The translations under genes and the position numbers were made by a program. The notes under the pieces were generated by a model, which saw only the letters and a list, made by a program, of their open reading frames with translations, did no database searches and was not told the DNA's origin. Shown here piece by piece: positions 46,720 to 57,475 of a stretch of 64,000 bases of DNA (the stretch's first letter is position 1; each line of letters opens with the position of its first letter). Source of the DNA: a virus. Where the stretch lies: positions 96,001 to 160,000 of IMG/VR virus record IMGVR_UViG_3300049043_000070. One strand, 5' to 3'.

Positions 46720-46935
46720 ATGCTAGGTCAATTTGTAGAACTTGTTAAACCACTTTTATTTGCTGCTCTTTCTTCTTGTCATACAAAAAAACTTGTATGT
46801 GATCTTCTAGATCGTTACGTATCATCAACTGATAATGACGTTGATAACGTAATTGCTGCAACTGTAAGAACAGTTTTCTCAAGAACTGTAAGTAATAGGG
46901 GAGGGGATCTAATCCCCTTTATAAATAAATTTTAG
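46720..46935 (+). CDS. small hypothetical protein
   Basis: VKPLLF...DNDVDN; 3' end uncertain. Confidence 0.55.
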   Translation: MLGQFVELVKPLLFAALSSCHTKKLVCDLLDRYVSSTDNDVDNVIAATVRTVFSRTVSNRGGDLIPFINKF

Positions 46936-46962
46936 AAATCGGTAAATATCTGGAGAGTATCC

Positions 46963-47908
46963 ATGTCGCTGTATAGTCGTGCGGAAACAAACGCACAAAG
47001 TCTAAAAGTCCAAAACACTACTGAAGTTAATTCTGTAGATAAGTATGACTGGGACAACACCCTAATCGTTGATGGTGATAGCACGGTGGCTGGTGCTCAA
47101 GGTTATGCTACTGCTGCCCGCAGAACAATTTTTATTGATGCTGTGGAAGCAACACTTCCAGAAAATGCAGAGCGTGGATTGAATGCTCCTGGTTGGTGGG
47201 AGTATATGACTTATACAGATGCTGCTGGCAATACTCGCCATAAAGTGGATCACTTAGTAGCATTCAAGAGTGCTCCTGCTAATACTGCTGACCTTGATGA
47301 TAACGTTGCTGCTGACGTAGCATCTGCTATCACAATTTCTGGTCAACCATCTAATCAGACAACTAGAACTCCTGCTGGTGCTATCTTAACTGTAACTCAT
47401 GCTGGAATATCAACGGGTAGTGGATCAACAACTGTCAATAGCTCTACTGCTGGTATTGTAGTAACCAACGTTTCTGGTGGTGCTGCTCCTGCTGCTACTG
47501 GTTATGAATTTACAGTTGCTCGTTCTGGTGGAACTTACACCGTTACCGTTGTAACTGGTGGTTCTGGATTTGCTGCTACAGATACAATTACTATTCCTGG
47601 TAGTTCTTTGGGTGGCGCTGATACGACTAATGATCTTGTTATTACAGTTGCTACTGTTGCTACTGCTGCTGCTACATTCTCTGTTACTGCTTCTGCCACA
47701 ACAGGATCTCTTGTTTATCAATGGCAGCGTAGAACCACCAGTACTGCTAAGTGGACAAATGTTTCTGGAGCCTAACAGTTCTTCACTTGCTCTTACCTCA
47801 CTTACAACAGCATCTAATGGATATGAGTATCGTGTCAAACTTACATCATCTGCTGGTGCCGAGGAAGTTATTTCTGCTGCGGCAACTCTAACTGTTACCG
47901 CAGCATGA
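46963..47908 (+). CDS. virion structural protein with C-terminal Ig-like domain (frameshift near 47770)
   Basis: Gly/Thr/Ala-rich; ITISGQPSNQ...LVYQWQR...YEYRVKL. Confidence 0.75.
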
Positions 47909-47913
47909 TCTAA

Positions 47914-48270
47914 ATGAAGATTAGTGAACTGAACCATGAGAATTGGTTATTCTTTGCCATTCAAAACTATAACAACCCGTCGTCAGTAACTTATAGTGAT
48001 TTTGAAGAAGACCTCAAACGCTTCAAATACATCAAAAGATTACTCAAGAGATACGAAACGACGGGTGAATTGAAAACTCATCTCATTCTAAATCATGTGA
48101 TAGTATTGTATAATGTATTTGATGACGCAGCAACACCGCTGTTATTTTACAAAACTGAAGCAACATACTGGTCTCAAATCAAGGCGTTTATGTTGTTTCT
48201 AAATAGATTACCACCTTTATTGAACAAGGATGTTGACCAAGAATGTCTGAAAAGTTTGAACCTAATATGA
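47914..48270 (+). CDS. conserved hypothetical protein
   Basis: FAIQNYNNP, FEEDLKRFKYIKRL, LILNH. Confidence 0.8.
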   Translation: MKISELNHENWLFFAIQNYNNPSSVTYSDFEEDLKRFKYIKRLLKRYETTGELKTHLILNHVIVLYNVFDDAATPLLFYKTEATYWSQIKAFMLFLNRLPPLLNKDVDQECLKSLNLI

Positions 48271-48699
48271 ATGAAATGGTTGCTGGTGATGGTTCTACCC
48301 TCCAGCTTCCTCCAGCATTTGTTCTTGTAAATCCAAGACAACATCGTAGATATAAAAAGAGTAATCAAGATAAAGTAGATGGTCGCAGCAAAGGCGCCCG
48401 TGCCCTTTTCAATCGTATCCAACGCAGAAAAATGAAAGAAGAATTAGAAACACAAATTGATGAGGCGATTGTGTCTGATACCGAAAGGGCACAAAAGCAA
48501 ATCTCACAGCAAAAGAAACTCAATCGTCAGAAAGAGCTTCAAAATAAGCGCAAAGAAGCGAAAGAAGAAGCTGATGAGTAAGACAAAAGAGATGGACACT
48601 CTTATGAAAGTCGTCTTTCCGATTTCAAAAAGAAAGCATCTGAGCAACAGAAAAAAGTTCAGCAACAAAAAAATTCATTTGAACCACAGGGAAATATGA
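48267..48699 (+). CDS. basic coiled-coil hypothetical protein (frameshifted)
   Basis: LPPAFV...DGRSK. Confidence 0.6.
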
Positions 48700-48958
48700 T
48701 GATGGAAAATCAAGATGTTATTCAGGTTGCTTTAGACGTAGCAACATCTGAGTTGAACCCATCCGGTGAAGCTTCTTTTGCTAAAATTAAATTTAGCGAT
48801 GGCAGCACCCAAAACTTAGATAACTTCTCGGCAAAACGTATTGCCGCTTGTTATGCTCAATTAGATGATGAGAAGCAAAACCAGTTCCGTTACCTATTGA
48901 AATAAGGATGCTTCCACATTCCAATCTGCTCTTTGACTTTGCTGTTCGCAACGTTTAA
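48696..48958 (+). CDS. hypothetical protein (frameshifted)
   Basis: IKFSDGSTQNLDNFSAKRI. Confidence 0.6.
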
Positions 48959-48974
48959 GGGGGAGATTACTACA

Positions 48975-49409
48975 ATGCCATTCAATTTAGACAAGCAAAA
49001 AGATCTTGCTGTTCTAGAAGGAAAATTTCAGATCTATGAAGATCTCTCTAAAGAGATGCTTGACAAACTTGAACGAGCAGTAGAAAAAATCAGCGAAGGA
49101 AATCAAAAAGTTGCTCTTATTCTCGCAAAGCACGAGGAAAAAATTGAGCAAGGTATTCGCGCAGACGAACTGATTATTAAAATGGTAGATGAAATGCGCG
49201 AAGCAAATACAAGAGAGCACACTGCTGTCTTAGATAGAATTGAAAAACTTGAAAATAAAGTAAGTGATATTTCTAGATTTAGGTGGGTTGCTGCTGGTGT
49301 GGTAGCTGCTGCCATAATGATAATCGGATCATCAGAATTTTTTGGTAGCATATTGACAATGCCTCAGCGCGATGCTAACATAGAGAGTAGTGTTGACCGT
49401 GCCAAGTGA
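48975..49409 (+). CDS. coiled-coil protein with C-terminal transmembrane segment
   Basis: LAVLE...RWVAAGVVAAAIMII. Confidence 0.7.
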   Translation: MPFNLDKQKDLAVLEGKFQIYEDLSKEMLDKLERAVEKISEGNQKVALILAKHEEKIEQGIRADELIIKMVDEMREANTREHTAVLDRIEKLENKVSDISRFRWVAAGVVAAAIMIIGSSEFFGSILTMPQRDANIESSVDRAK

Positions 49410-50437
49410 GTTCTTTTATTGATGTAAAGTATATTCAACTCGTATCCTCTCGTCTTATTCTGTTTACACGCAAAAAAGCAGACCTGTATAATTTCAGGTG
49501 TCCATACTGTGGAGATAGTCAGAAGCGCAGAAATAAGGCAAGAGGATATTTGTTTAAGATCAAGAATGATTTTGTGTTTAAGTGTCACAATTGTGGAGCA
49601 GGCAGAACCCTCTCCAACTTCCTAAAGGACCAGGACACATTCCTTCATGATCAATACGTGATGGAAAAGTTCAAAGATGGTAAGACTGGCAAAGGAACTA
49701 CAATTCCAAACCCAGTCTTTAATTTTCAGGAACCAAAGTTTTTCACTAAAATTGAAAATTCAGTTGATCTTGAAAAAATTTCAGACCTAAATATTTCTCA
49801 CCCGGCGAGAGAGTATCTTGAAAATAGAGGTATCAAAGATTTAGATTATTTTTATTATTGTCCAAAGTTCAAAGAATGGACAAACAAACAAAAGAAAACT
49901 TTTGATACCTTGCGCCAAGATAGTCCCAGAATTATCATTCCTTTCCGAGACAAAGATGGTAACCTTTTTGGATACCAAGGCAGATCGCTAGCTCCTAAAG
50001 CAAAACTCAGATACATCACGATCATGCTGGATGAAGGACAATCAAAAATTTTCGGACAGGATAGAGTAAATTACGATGAGAGATTATTTGTAACAGAAGG
50101 ACCCTTTGATAGTATGTTCATAAAGAACGCATTAGCAATGGCAGGTTCCGATGTTTCACTGTCTCAATTCTCAAAAGATACTGTATTTGTATTTGATAAT
50201 GAACCACGCAATAAAGAGATTGTAGCAAAATATGAAAAGGTAATCAAAGCAGGATACTCAGTCGTGATTTATCCTAGCGGTATAGTAGAAAAAGATTTGA
50301 ACGATATGTGCTTATCTGGACGTGATGTTCAAAGTATAGTAGAATGTAATATCTACAGCGGATTAGAAGCAACTCTTAAATTAAACAATTGGAAAAGGTA
50401 TGACAAACGGATACAACATTCAAGTTCGCAAGCGTAA
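49406..50437 (+). CDS. gp61: DNA primase gp61
   Basis: RCPYCGDS...CHNC zinc ribbon, YQGR, TEGPFDS, FDNE, KDLND. Confidence 0.94.
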   Translation: MSSFIDVKYIQLVSSRLILFTRKKADLYNFRCPYCGDSQKRRNKARGYLFKIKNDFVFKCHNCGAGRTLSNFLKDQDTFLHDQYVMEKFKDGKTGKGTTIPNPVFNFQEPKFFTKIENSVDLEKISDLNISHPAREYLENRGIKDLDYFYYCPKFKEWTNKQKKTFDTLRQDSPRIIIPFRDKDGNLFGYQGRSLAPKAKLRYITIMLDEGQSKIFGQDRVNYDERLFVTEGPFDSMFIKNALAMAGSDVSLSQFSKDTVFVFDNEPRNKEIVAKYEKVIKAGYSVVIYPSGIVEKDLNDMCLSGRDVQSIVECNIYSGLEATLKLNNWKRYDKRIQHSSSQA

Positions 50438-52724
50438 CGGGTCTGTAGAACCCATCAATCTTGATAAGATCCATAAGATGGTAGAAGAGGCTTGCGATGG
50501 GTTAGGGAGCGGCGTGAGTGCCTCTCAGGTGGAAATGAATTCCGGTCTTCAGTTCTTTGATGGAATTGAAACCAAGAACATTCAGGAAATTCTTGTTCGT
50601 TCTGCTAGCGATTTGATTAGTCTTGATAGTCCAAACTATCAATATGTTGCTGCTAGATTACTTTTGTTTGGACTTCGCAAACAAGTATTTGGTTCTGCCT
50701 GGTTGAATGGTTATCCTCATGTATTAGATCATACCTTTAAATGTGCGACAAAAGGAATTTATGACAAAGAAATTCTTGGTAAATATACCAAAGAAGAATG
50801 GGATAAGATCAACAGTTTTATTGATCATGAGCGAGATTTTCTCTTTACATATGCTGGTCTTCGCCAGGTAGTTGATAAGTATCTTGTTCAAGATCGCAGT
50901 AGTGGAGAAGTCTATGAAACTCCACAATACATGTATATTATGATTGCTGCGACTTTGTTCCAGAACTATCGCAAAGACAGGTTAGAGTATGTCAAAAAAT
51001 ACTACGACGCAATCTCAAAGCACAAAATCAACATCCCTACCCCCATTATGGCGGGCGTTAGGACACCACTCAGACAATTTGCTAGCTGTGTTTCTTGTTG
51101 ATGTTGATGACACCCTCGATAGCATCTTTAGCAGTGACATGGCTGATTGGCTGACTATGTTAGTCAAAGGGCAGGAATTGGCATCAACGCAGGTCGTATC
51201 CGTGGCATCAACAGCAAAATCAGAGGGGAGAAGTTACTCATACAGGTGTTATCCCATTCCTCAAAAAGTTTGAAGCAACTGTTAGATGCTGTACACAAAA
51301 CGGGATTCGCGGTGGAAGTGCTACTGTCCACTTTCCAATCTGGCACAAAGAAATAGAAGATATTATTGTATTAAAAAATAATAAAGGAACCGAAGATAAT
51401 CGTGTTCGTAAGTTAGATTACTCAATTCAAATCAGCAAACTGTTCTATGAGCGTTTCATTCAAGACCAAGAAATCTCACTCTTCTCCCCACATGATGTTC
51501 CTGGTTTGTATGATGCTTTTGGCACTGATAGATTTGACGAGTTATATGTGGGTTATGAACGAGATACATCTATTTCAAGAAAGACTATTGGAGCTCAAGA
51601 ACTCATTTTGGACCTCTGAAAGGAGAGAGCAGAGACCGGTCGTATTTACATCATGAATATTGACCACTGCAACTCTCATTCTTCATTCAAAGATAAGGTC
51701 AACATGTCCAATCTTTGTCAAGAGATTACACTACCAACAGATCCAATCAATCATATTGATGATAAGGAGGGAGAAATTGCTCTCTGTATTTTGTCTGCGA
51801 TTAATGTTGGTAAGTTAAAAACTCTTGATGATCTTGAAGAACTTTGTGATCTTACTGTTCGTGGTCTTGAAGAACTAATTGATTATCAGAAATATCCTGT
51901 TGCAGCTGCCAGAAAATCTACTCTTGCTCGCCGTTCTCTTGGCATTGGTTACATTGGACTAGCACATTATCTGGCAAAAAATGGAGTAAAATATGAAGAT
52001 CCAACAGCATGGCAACTCGTCCATGACCTTACTGAAGCCTTTCCAGTACTATCTCCTCAAATCTTCCAACGCAATTGCCAAGGAGAAAGGAGCATGTGAA
52101 TACTTCCCAAGAACCAAATATGCTGACGGTATCCTGCCAATTGACACTTACAAGCGCGACATTGATGAGTTCTGTGATTCAACATTGAAGTATGATTGGG
52201 AAGTACTACGTGCCGAGATACAAGCATCTGGACTACGACATTCAACATTGTCCGCACAAATGCCATCGGAAAGCAGTTCCGTTGTGTCAAATGCCACAAA
52301 TGGAATTGAACCACCACGAGGATACATGTCCACTAAGAAAAGTAAAAAAGGGCCTCTTAAGCAGATTGTTCCGCAGTATGGGTCTCTTAAAAATAACTAT
52401 ACTCTTCTTTGGGACATGAAAGATAATGATGGTTACATTAAAATTGTTGCCGCCATGCAGAAATTCTTTGACCAAGCAATCTCTGGAAACTGGAGTTATA
52501 ATCCAGAAAATTATGATGACAACGAGGTTCCAGTATCTGTGATGGCAGGCGACCTTCTGAAGACCTACAAATATGGTTGGAAAACTTCATATTATCAAAA
52601 CACATATGACATCAAGAGTGATGAGCTTCTATTAACAGAAGACGAAAAGAAAAACTCAATCAAAGATCTACTAGACGACATTTTCAAAACGGAGGAAGAA
52701 GATTGTGACAGTTGTAAAATTTAG
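50400..52724 (+). CDS. nrdA: class Ia ribonucleotide reductase alpha subunit (frameshifted)
   Basis: ATP cone VRKRNG, PTPIMAG, SNLCQEI, QMPSESSS. Confidence 0.96.
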
Positions 52725-53883
52725 AGTTACAGAACCACAAAACGTAGAAGGTATGACAGTATTCAATACAAATAAAGTTGATACCACAAAACAGAAAATG
52801 TTTTTTGGACCTCCTTTGGGGGTTCAGCGTTATGATAAGTTCAAGTACCCTGTATTTGACAAACTGACACAACAGCAACTTGGATATTTTTGGAGACCTG
52901 AAGAGGTATCCCTTCAGAAAGATCGTGCTGATTATCAAACATTAAACGCAGCACAAAAACATATCTTTACTTCTAATCTCAAGTATCAAATTCTTCTTGA
53001 TAGTGTTCAAGGTCGTGGTCCTGGTATGGCGTTTATGCCATATTGTTCTCTTCCCGAGCTAGAAGGTGCCATGAACATCTGGCAGACCATGGAAATGGTT
53101 CATAGTCGCTCATACACTCACATCATCAAGAATGTGTATGCTGATCCCTCTGAGGTGTTTGATAGAATTCTTGAGGATGACAAGATCCTTCAACGTGCTC
53201 GTTCGGTAACTCGTTCATATGATGAATTCCTCCAAGCAGCAACAGAATGGGGAGCAGGAAACCAGTGGCAGCATCAGTTAGAAGGAACACCCGCAGCAAA
53301 GGACACTTTGTATGATCTCAAAAGAAAATTATATAGAGCAGTTGCGAACGTATATATCCTCGAAGGAATTCGGTTCTACGTATCGTTTGCCTGCTCTTTC
53401 GCTTTTGGTGAACTTAAACTCTTGGAAGGAAGCGCCAAAATCATCGGACTTATCGCAAGAGACGAAAGCCAACACATGACAATCACCCAGAACATTCTAA
53501 ACAAATGGAAGGAAGGTGATGATCCTGAGATGGTTGAGATTGCTAAGGAAGAGAAAGAGAATGTCTATCAGATGTTTAGAGACTGTGTAGAAGAAGAGAG
53601 GCTATGGGCAGAGTATCTGTTCAAGGATGGATCTATCATTGGTCTCAACGACAAACTGTTGGCAAAGTATGTTGAATGGACTGCCAATCGTCGTCTCAAG
53701 TCCATTGGTCTCAAGGCAATCTTTGATACTCCTATCATTAACAATCCTCTTCCTTGGACAGAGCATTGGTTATCTTCTAAGGGCATGCAGGTTGCTCCGC
53801 AAGAGACAGAGGTTGAAAGTTACTTAATCGGGAGCATAAAACAGGATGTTAAGAAAGATACTTTCGCTGGTTTCAAACTTTAA
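52705..53883 (+). CDS. nrdB: class Ia ribonucleotide reductase beta subunit
   Basis: FWRPEEV, EMVHSRSY, LEGIRFY, RDESQH, APQETE. Confidence 0.97.
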   Translation: MTVVKFRVTEPQNVEGMTVFNTNKVDTTKQKMFFGPPLGVQRYDKFKYPVFDKLTQQQLGYFWRPEEVSLQKDRADYQTLNAAQKHIFTSNLKYQILLDSVQGRGPGMAFMPYCSLPELEGAMNIWQTMEMVHSRSYTHIIKNVYADPSEVFDRILEDDKILQRARSVTRSYDEFLQAATEWGAGNQWQHQLEGTPAAKDTLYDLKRKLYRAVANVYILEGIRFYVSFACSFAFGELKLLEGSAKIIGLIARDESQHMTITQNILNKWKEGDDPEMVEIAKEEKENVYQMFRDCVEEERLWAEYLFKDGSIIGLNDKLLAKYVEWTANRRLKSIGLKAIFDTPIINNPLPWTEHWLSSKGMQVAPQETEVESYLIGSIKQDVKKDTFAGFKL

Positions 53884-54029
53884 TGGAAGACTGGAAAGAA
53901 AAAGCACTGAAGTACGAAAAACTATCAGAGCACAACAAACGAATACTCAGGGAGGGACCGGAAAGCTCTATCGGAAGCATGGTTCCTCGGCGCAATGAAA
54001 AACAAATACCAGACCCCTGGTTCAACTGA
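53883..54029 (+). CDS. small hypothetical protein
   Basis: MEDWKEKALK...ILREGP. Confidence 0.45.
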   Translation: MEDWKEKALKYEKLSEHNKRILREGPESSIGSMVPRRNEKQIPDPWFN

Positions 54030-54064
54030 ATAGATAAATACCTCCGTGAAGGAGGTTTTTTATT

Positions 54065-54406
54065 ATGCGTCCACAATCAGCAAAAGCAAAGGGTCGCCGC
54101 CTTCAACAATGGGTGCGAGAAAAATTGATAGAATGTCTTAATATTCATCCAGAAGACATTGAAAGTCGTAGTATGGGTGCGGGAGGTGAGGACTTAATCA
54201 TGGCACGGGATGCCAGGTCAAAGTTCCCTCATAGTATTGAGTGTAAAAATGTGGAAGAAGCTGAATATCTGGGAGGCATACAGACAAGTGTTGCCAACAA
54301 AGGAAATTATGAACCAATTGTGGTTATAAAGAAGAATGGAGAAAGTCCATTAGTTGTAGTTGATGCTGAATATTTTATAAACCTCTATGGAGAAACCAAT
54401 GCCTAA
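54065..54406 (+). CDS. PD-(D/E)xK Holliday-junction resolvase-like nuclease
   Basis: SAKAKGR, GEDL, IECKN. Confidence 0.7.
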   Translation: MRPQSAKAKGRRLQQWVREKLIECLNIHPEDIESRSMGAGGEDLIMARDARSKFPHSIECKNVEEAEYLGGIQTSVANKGNYEPIVVIKKNGESPLVVVDAEYFINLYGETNA

Positions 54407-55108
54407 GATTGATCTTCACAATTTTTTTAAACATTATGATGAAAATAACCCAAAACATGTTGCTGCTGTAGAAGAACTGGAGAAAGACGCTAAGTGGAAA
54501 AGCGCCTGCAATGAATTTAGAAGATACAGCAAACTGGGTGAGAATTTATAGATCAAAACCAGACAAACCAAAATCAAATATTCTTGATGTCCCTTTCTTT
54601 CCTCAGACAGATAATTACAGAGATGCTAATCGCACCTGTAACTCATCTGCCTGTGCTATGGTATTAGAATACTTTAAACCAGGCACACTTAAAGGAACAA
54701 AAGGCGATGATGCTTATGTCCAAAAAGTTTTCTCAATCGGTGACACAACTGATCACGTTGTTCAAACCCGTGCTGTTGGCGTCTTATGGTATTCAGTCAC
54801 ACTTTAGCTACAGGTTATCTTTTGATGACCTTGATCGTGAGCTTGCTGCTGGGAGACCAGTGGTTATTGGTATTCTCCACCGTGGTCCTTTATCTGCTCC
54901 TACTGGTGGGCACATGGTTGTAGTCATCGCCAAGACATCTTCTGGTGATTATGTTGTTAATGATCCTTATGGTGCATTGAACGATGGTTATACTGGTGCC
55001 GTAACAAATGGTAAAGGTGCTGTATATAAACATGGCAGATCTTGCTGCGTAGATGGTGTCCCAATGGTAAGTGATGGATGGGGGAGAATTTTTGACGTAA
55101 AAAAGTGA
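54399..55108 (+). CDS. C39-like cysteine peptidase (frameshifted)
   Basis: FFPQTDN...TCNSSACAM, GHMVV, VNDPYG. Confidence 0.78.
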
Positions 55109-55598
55109 CAAGTTCTACTTCTGAAACAAGTAAATACGCTTTACCAGTAAAAGGAGTAGAACTCATTAAACAATTTGAAGGATGTGAATTATCTGCCTAT
55201 CCAGACCCTCGTACTGGCGGGTCACCTATTACTATAGGATGGGGAAGCACCAGAGATTTTAATGGAAACCCATTTAAACTTGGACAAAAGATTTCTCAAA
55301 AGGTTGCTGATGATCTGCTAATTTCTCAAATTAAAAAAGAATACATTCCTACACTCACAAAAATACCATATTGGGGAGAGATGAATGAAAACCAGCGCGG
55401 AGCATTATTATCTTTTGCTTACAATCTCGGGCTAACTTTTTTAACAGTTCTGGGTTTGACACGATCTCAAGAATACTCAAAGATCACAAGTGGAATGATG
55501 TACCAAAAGTTTTAGAAATGTATCGTAATCCTGGCAGCAAAGTTGAAGCAGGATTACTTAGAAGAAGAAAAGCAGAAGGTAAACTTTGGATTTCTTAG
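55105..55598 (+). CDS. GH24 lysozyme/endolysin (frameshifted)
   Basis: FEGCELSAYPDP...TIGWG, ALLSFAYNLG, GLLRRRKAE. Confidence 0.88.
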
Positions 55599-55834
55599 TC
55601 TTCTACTTTTGTTCTTAGAGCAATTACAGTCGTTAAAATTGCCAATAAAGTTTCATATCCTCTTCTCTCGGATTCTTTACAATCCAAGGGAGGAGGATTT
55701 TTTAATCCACCCAATACATTAGCACTAATGATAGAGCCTGGTATCATAAAGTTACAGGCAATAAAATTCAATCCAACAAAACCAACCGCTGATATACAGA
55801 CAATAAAGATAAGTTTACTTAGATTGAGTTTCAT
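55595..55834 (-). CDS. small two-hydrophobic-segment membrane protein
   Basis: 79 aa with N- and C-terminal hydrophobic stretches. Confidence 0.65.
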   Translation of the reverse strand: MKLNLSKLIFIVCISAVGFVGLNFIACNFMIPGSIISANVLGGLKNPPPLDCKESERRGYETLLAILTTVIALRTKVED

Positions 55835-56022
55835 CTTCCCTCTTGCCTATGTATCCAGGTTTTTAACTCGTGTAGATATTGCCTGAGTTCGTCTGCTTTT
55901 TCTAGATGCCAAATGTCGCCACTCTTGAAATACTCTTGAGTGTGGTTGTCTATTGCTTTTAAAGTATTATGGATGGGAGCATTCCATGGCTCCCTGATTG
56001 GAGTGTTCCACTCTCTTGGCAT
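55831..56022 (-). CDS. small hypothetical protein
   Basis: 63 aa, ATGA-coupled to the downstream gene; ATAAATA upstream on minus strand. Confidence 0.65.
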   Translation of the reverse strand: MPREWNTPIREPWNAPIHNTLKAIDNHTQEYFKSGDIWHLEKADELRQYLHELKTWIHRQEGR

Positions 56023-56048
56023 ACAATATTGCGCCCCGCCACCGTAAG

Positions 56049-56091
56049 TATTTATGAAAATATTGACAAATCCTAAATAATCACTTATAAT
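56049..56091. promoter_or_regulatory. divergent promoter region: minus-strand late core, plus-strand consensus sigma70 promoter with nested late core
   Basis: ATAAATA (minus) 56049-56055; TTGACA 56063-N17-TATAAT 56086; CTAAATA 56073-56079. Confidence 0.75.
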
Positions 56092-56099
56092 GTTTTTAA

Positions 56100-56220
56100 C
56101 CCATGAGATTTCATGGGTTTTCTCATAATGAGAAGGTGAGTGACAATTAGAGCCCAGGAGATTGCCCTCTGAGAAGAGGGAAGTGCGCTTTCTCTATTGG
56201 GATGTAGAGTTCTATTAATT
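56100..56220 (+). ncRNA. candidate structured cis-regulatory 5' leader
   Basis: Hairpins CCCATGA/TCATGGG and TTCTCA/TGAGAA; long stem capped by CCCTCT-GAGA-AGAGGG. Confidence 0.4.
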
Positions 56221-56223
56221 TTA

Positions 56224-56586
56224 ATGCTTTTTAAAACACTTTCAATTCTTGCTTTTGGTCTCGTCGGATTGGCACCCGTAACAGCAAAGGCAGCGAGCGG
56301 ATGTTCCCTCGCATCACATTATGGAGTTGGTGACGGATATCATGGGCAAACAACTGCTAACGGTGAACGATATAACGCATATGGAAAATCTGTGGCGCAC
56401 AGATGGCTTCCATTCGGAACTAGATTACGAGTTACGAATCAACGAACTGGAAAGTCAGTACTTGTGCGTGTAAATGATCGTGGACCCTATGTTGGAGATA
56501 GGGATCTTGACTTGTCTTATGGTGCTTTCTCTTCTATTGCTCACCCAGGGCAAGGTGTAGTAAGTGTTTGCTATAGTAGAATTTGA
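56224..56586 (+). CDS. rlpA: RlpA-like double-psi beta-barrel lytic transglycosylase with signal peptide
   Basis: ASHYG, TANGE, AHRWLPFGT, VRVNDRGPY, DLSYGAF. Confidence 0.88.
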   Translation: MLFKTLSILAFGLVGLAPVTAKAASGCSLASHYGVGDGYHGQTTANGERYNAYGKSVAHRWLPFGTRLRVTNQRTGKSVLVRVNDRGPYVGDRDLDLSYGAFSSIAHPGQGVVSVCYSRI

Positions 56587-56610
56587 TCAATTTTACTTTT
56601 CCTAATAAAT

Positions 56611-56645
56611 AAGGAGGAGTGGTGCTAGCAACTCTTCCTTTTTTT
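56611..56645 (+). terminator. intrinsic terminator-like hairpin
   Basis: AAGGAGGAGT...ACTCTTCCTT then T-run. Confidence 0.55.
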
Positions 56646-57044
56646 ATGTTTAATTTTAATTTTGGCAAAAAGAAAACATCTATAAAAACTATACTAATAC
56701 TTACATTAGTTGTAGCATCACTCTCATCTTGCCTAAGGATAGAGGATAAACATATCTGGGATATTATTTACGAAGCACTAGTAAAGTATCAACCAGATTC
56801 TACTTTAATACCAGAACTACAGAAAGATCCTGGCATCATAGAACGCAAAGTAAAAAGAACTGTTGATAAAGCGATCAGAGATTATGAACGCTTGACAGGT
56901 GACGATGGAACTGTTAAGATACTATCTCCAAGATACTCAGAGAAACCAGTGGACACTTCTGTGTGCTATACTGATGATTGTAAATCACTTGGAGGGGAAA
57001 TCAGGATGTGTGCCCCGTGGATTGACACCTGCCCCAAACAGTGA
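56646..57044 (+). CDS. secreted or membrane-anchored hypothetical protein
   Basis: Hydrophobic N-region; C-terminal CYTDDCKSLGGEIRMCAPW. Confidence 0.65.
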   Translation: MFNFNFGKKKTSIKTILILTLVVASLSSCLRIEDKHIWDIIYEALVKYQPDSTLIPELQKDPGIIERKVKRTVDKAIRDYERLTGDDGTVKILSPRYSEKPVDTSVCYTDDCKSLGGEIRMCAPWIDTCPKQ

Positions 57045-57050
57045 TATACT
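57022..57050 (+). promoter_or_regulatory. sigma70-type promoter for tRNA-Arg
   Basis: TTGACA-N17-TATACT. Confidence 0.7.
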
Positions 57051-57058
57051 TCTTACAT

Positions 57059-57131
57059 GCCTCAGTAACTCAGAGGACAGAGTATCCGCCTTCTAAGCGG
57101 TTAACCGTTGGTTCGAATCCAACCTGAGGCG
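57059..57131 (+). tRNA. trnR: tRNA-Arg(TCT)
   Basis: GCCTCAG/CTGAGGC acceptor, CTTCTAA loop, GTTCGAATC T-loop. Confidence 0.9.
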
Positions 57132-57179
57132 TTGAGTTTTTTAAACTCTTATAAATAAACACATTAAAGGTCGAACATC

Positions 57180-57281
57180 ATGTCTAACTTCAGCAAGCAA
57201 ATTGAGATTTTTATGGAAAGTGATTGCCGTTATTGGCATATTGCTCAGTCCCCCGTGCTTGCTCATAAGTGGAAACGATGA
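57180..57281 (+). CDS. 33-aa peptide with upstream late promoter core
   Basis: ATAAATA at 57151, AAGG, MSNFSKQIEIFMESDCRYWHIAQSPVLAHKWKR. Confidence 0.4.
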   Translation: MSNFSKQIEIFMESDCRYWHIAQSPVLAHKWKR

Positions 57282-57311
57282 CCGACATCTGACACATAAG
57301 CAAGATTTATC

Positions 57312-57351
57312 AGGGGGGCAGTTGACAAAACCGCCCCCCTTATTTTATTGT
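57312..57351 (+). promoter_or_regulatory. GC hairpin enclosing TTGACA; likely terminator/promoter for the tRNA array
   Basis: AGGGGGGC...GCCCCCCT around TTGACA 57322; TATTGT at 57346. Confidence 0.5.
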
Positions 57352-57398
57352 AAATTCATCGGTGGGTGATCCACCAGCACCTTGACAATTTAATCTTT

Positions 57399-57471
57399 GG
57401 GTCTGTAACTCAGTTGGTAGAGTAGCGGGCTTTTAACCTGTAAGTCGTCGGTTCAAGCCCGACCAGACCCA
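57399..57471 (+). tRNA. trnK: tRNA-Lys(TTT)
   Basis: GGGTCTG/CAGACCC, CTTTTAA loop. Confidence 0.92.
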
Positions 57472-57475
57472 TTGT

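Noticed and set aside
36452-53883. Introns or inteins in gp43, gp41, nrdA, nrdB
   Set aside because: Joined lengths are ordinary and there are no unexplained insertions or intein terminal motifs
56140-56185. rlpA leader as TPP (CTGAGA) or guanidine-I (GAGCCCAGGAG) riboswitch
   Set aside because: Only short fragments resemble those consensus sequences and the other required conserved elements are missing; kept as an unassigned structured RNA
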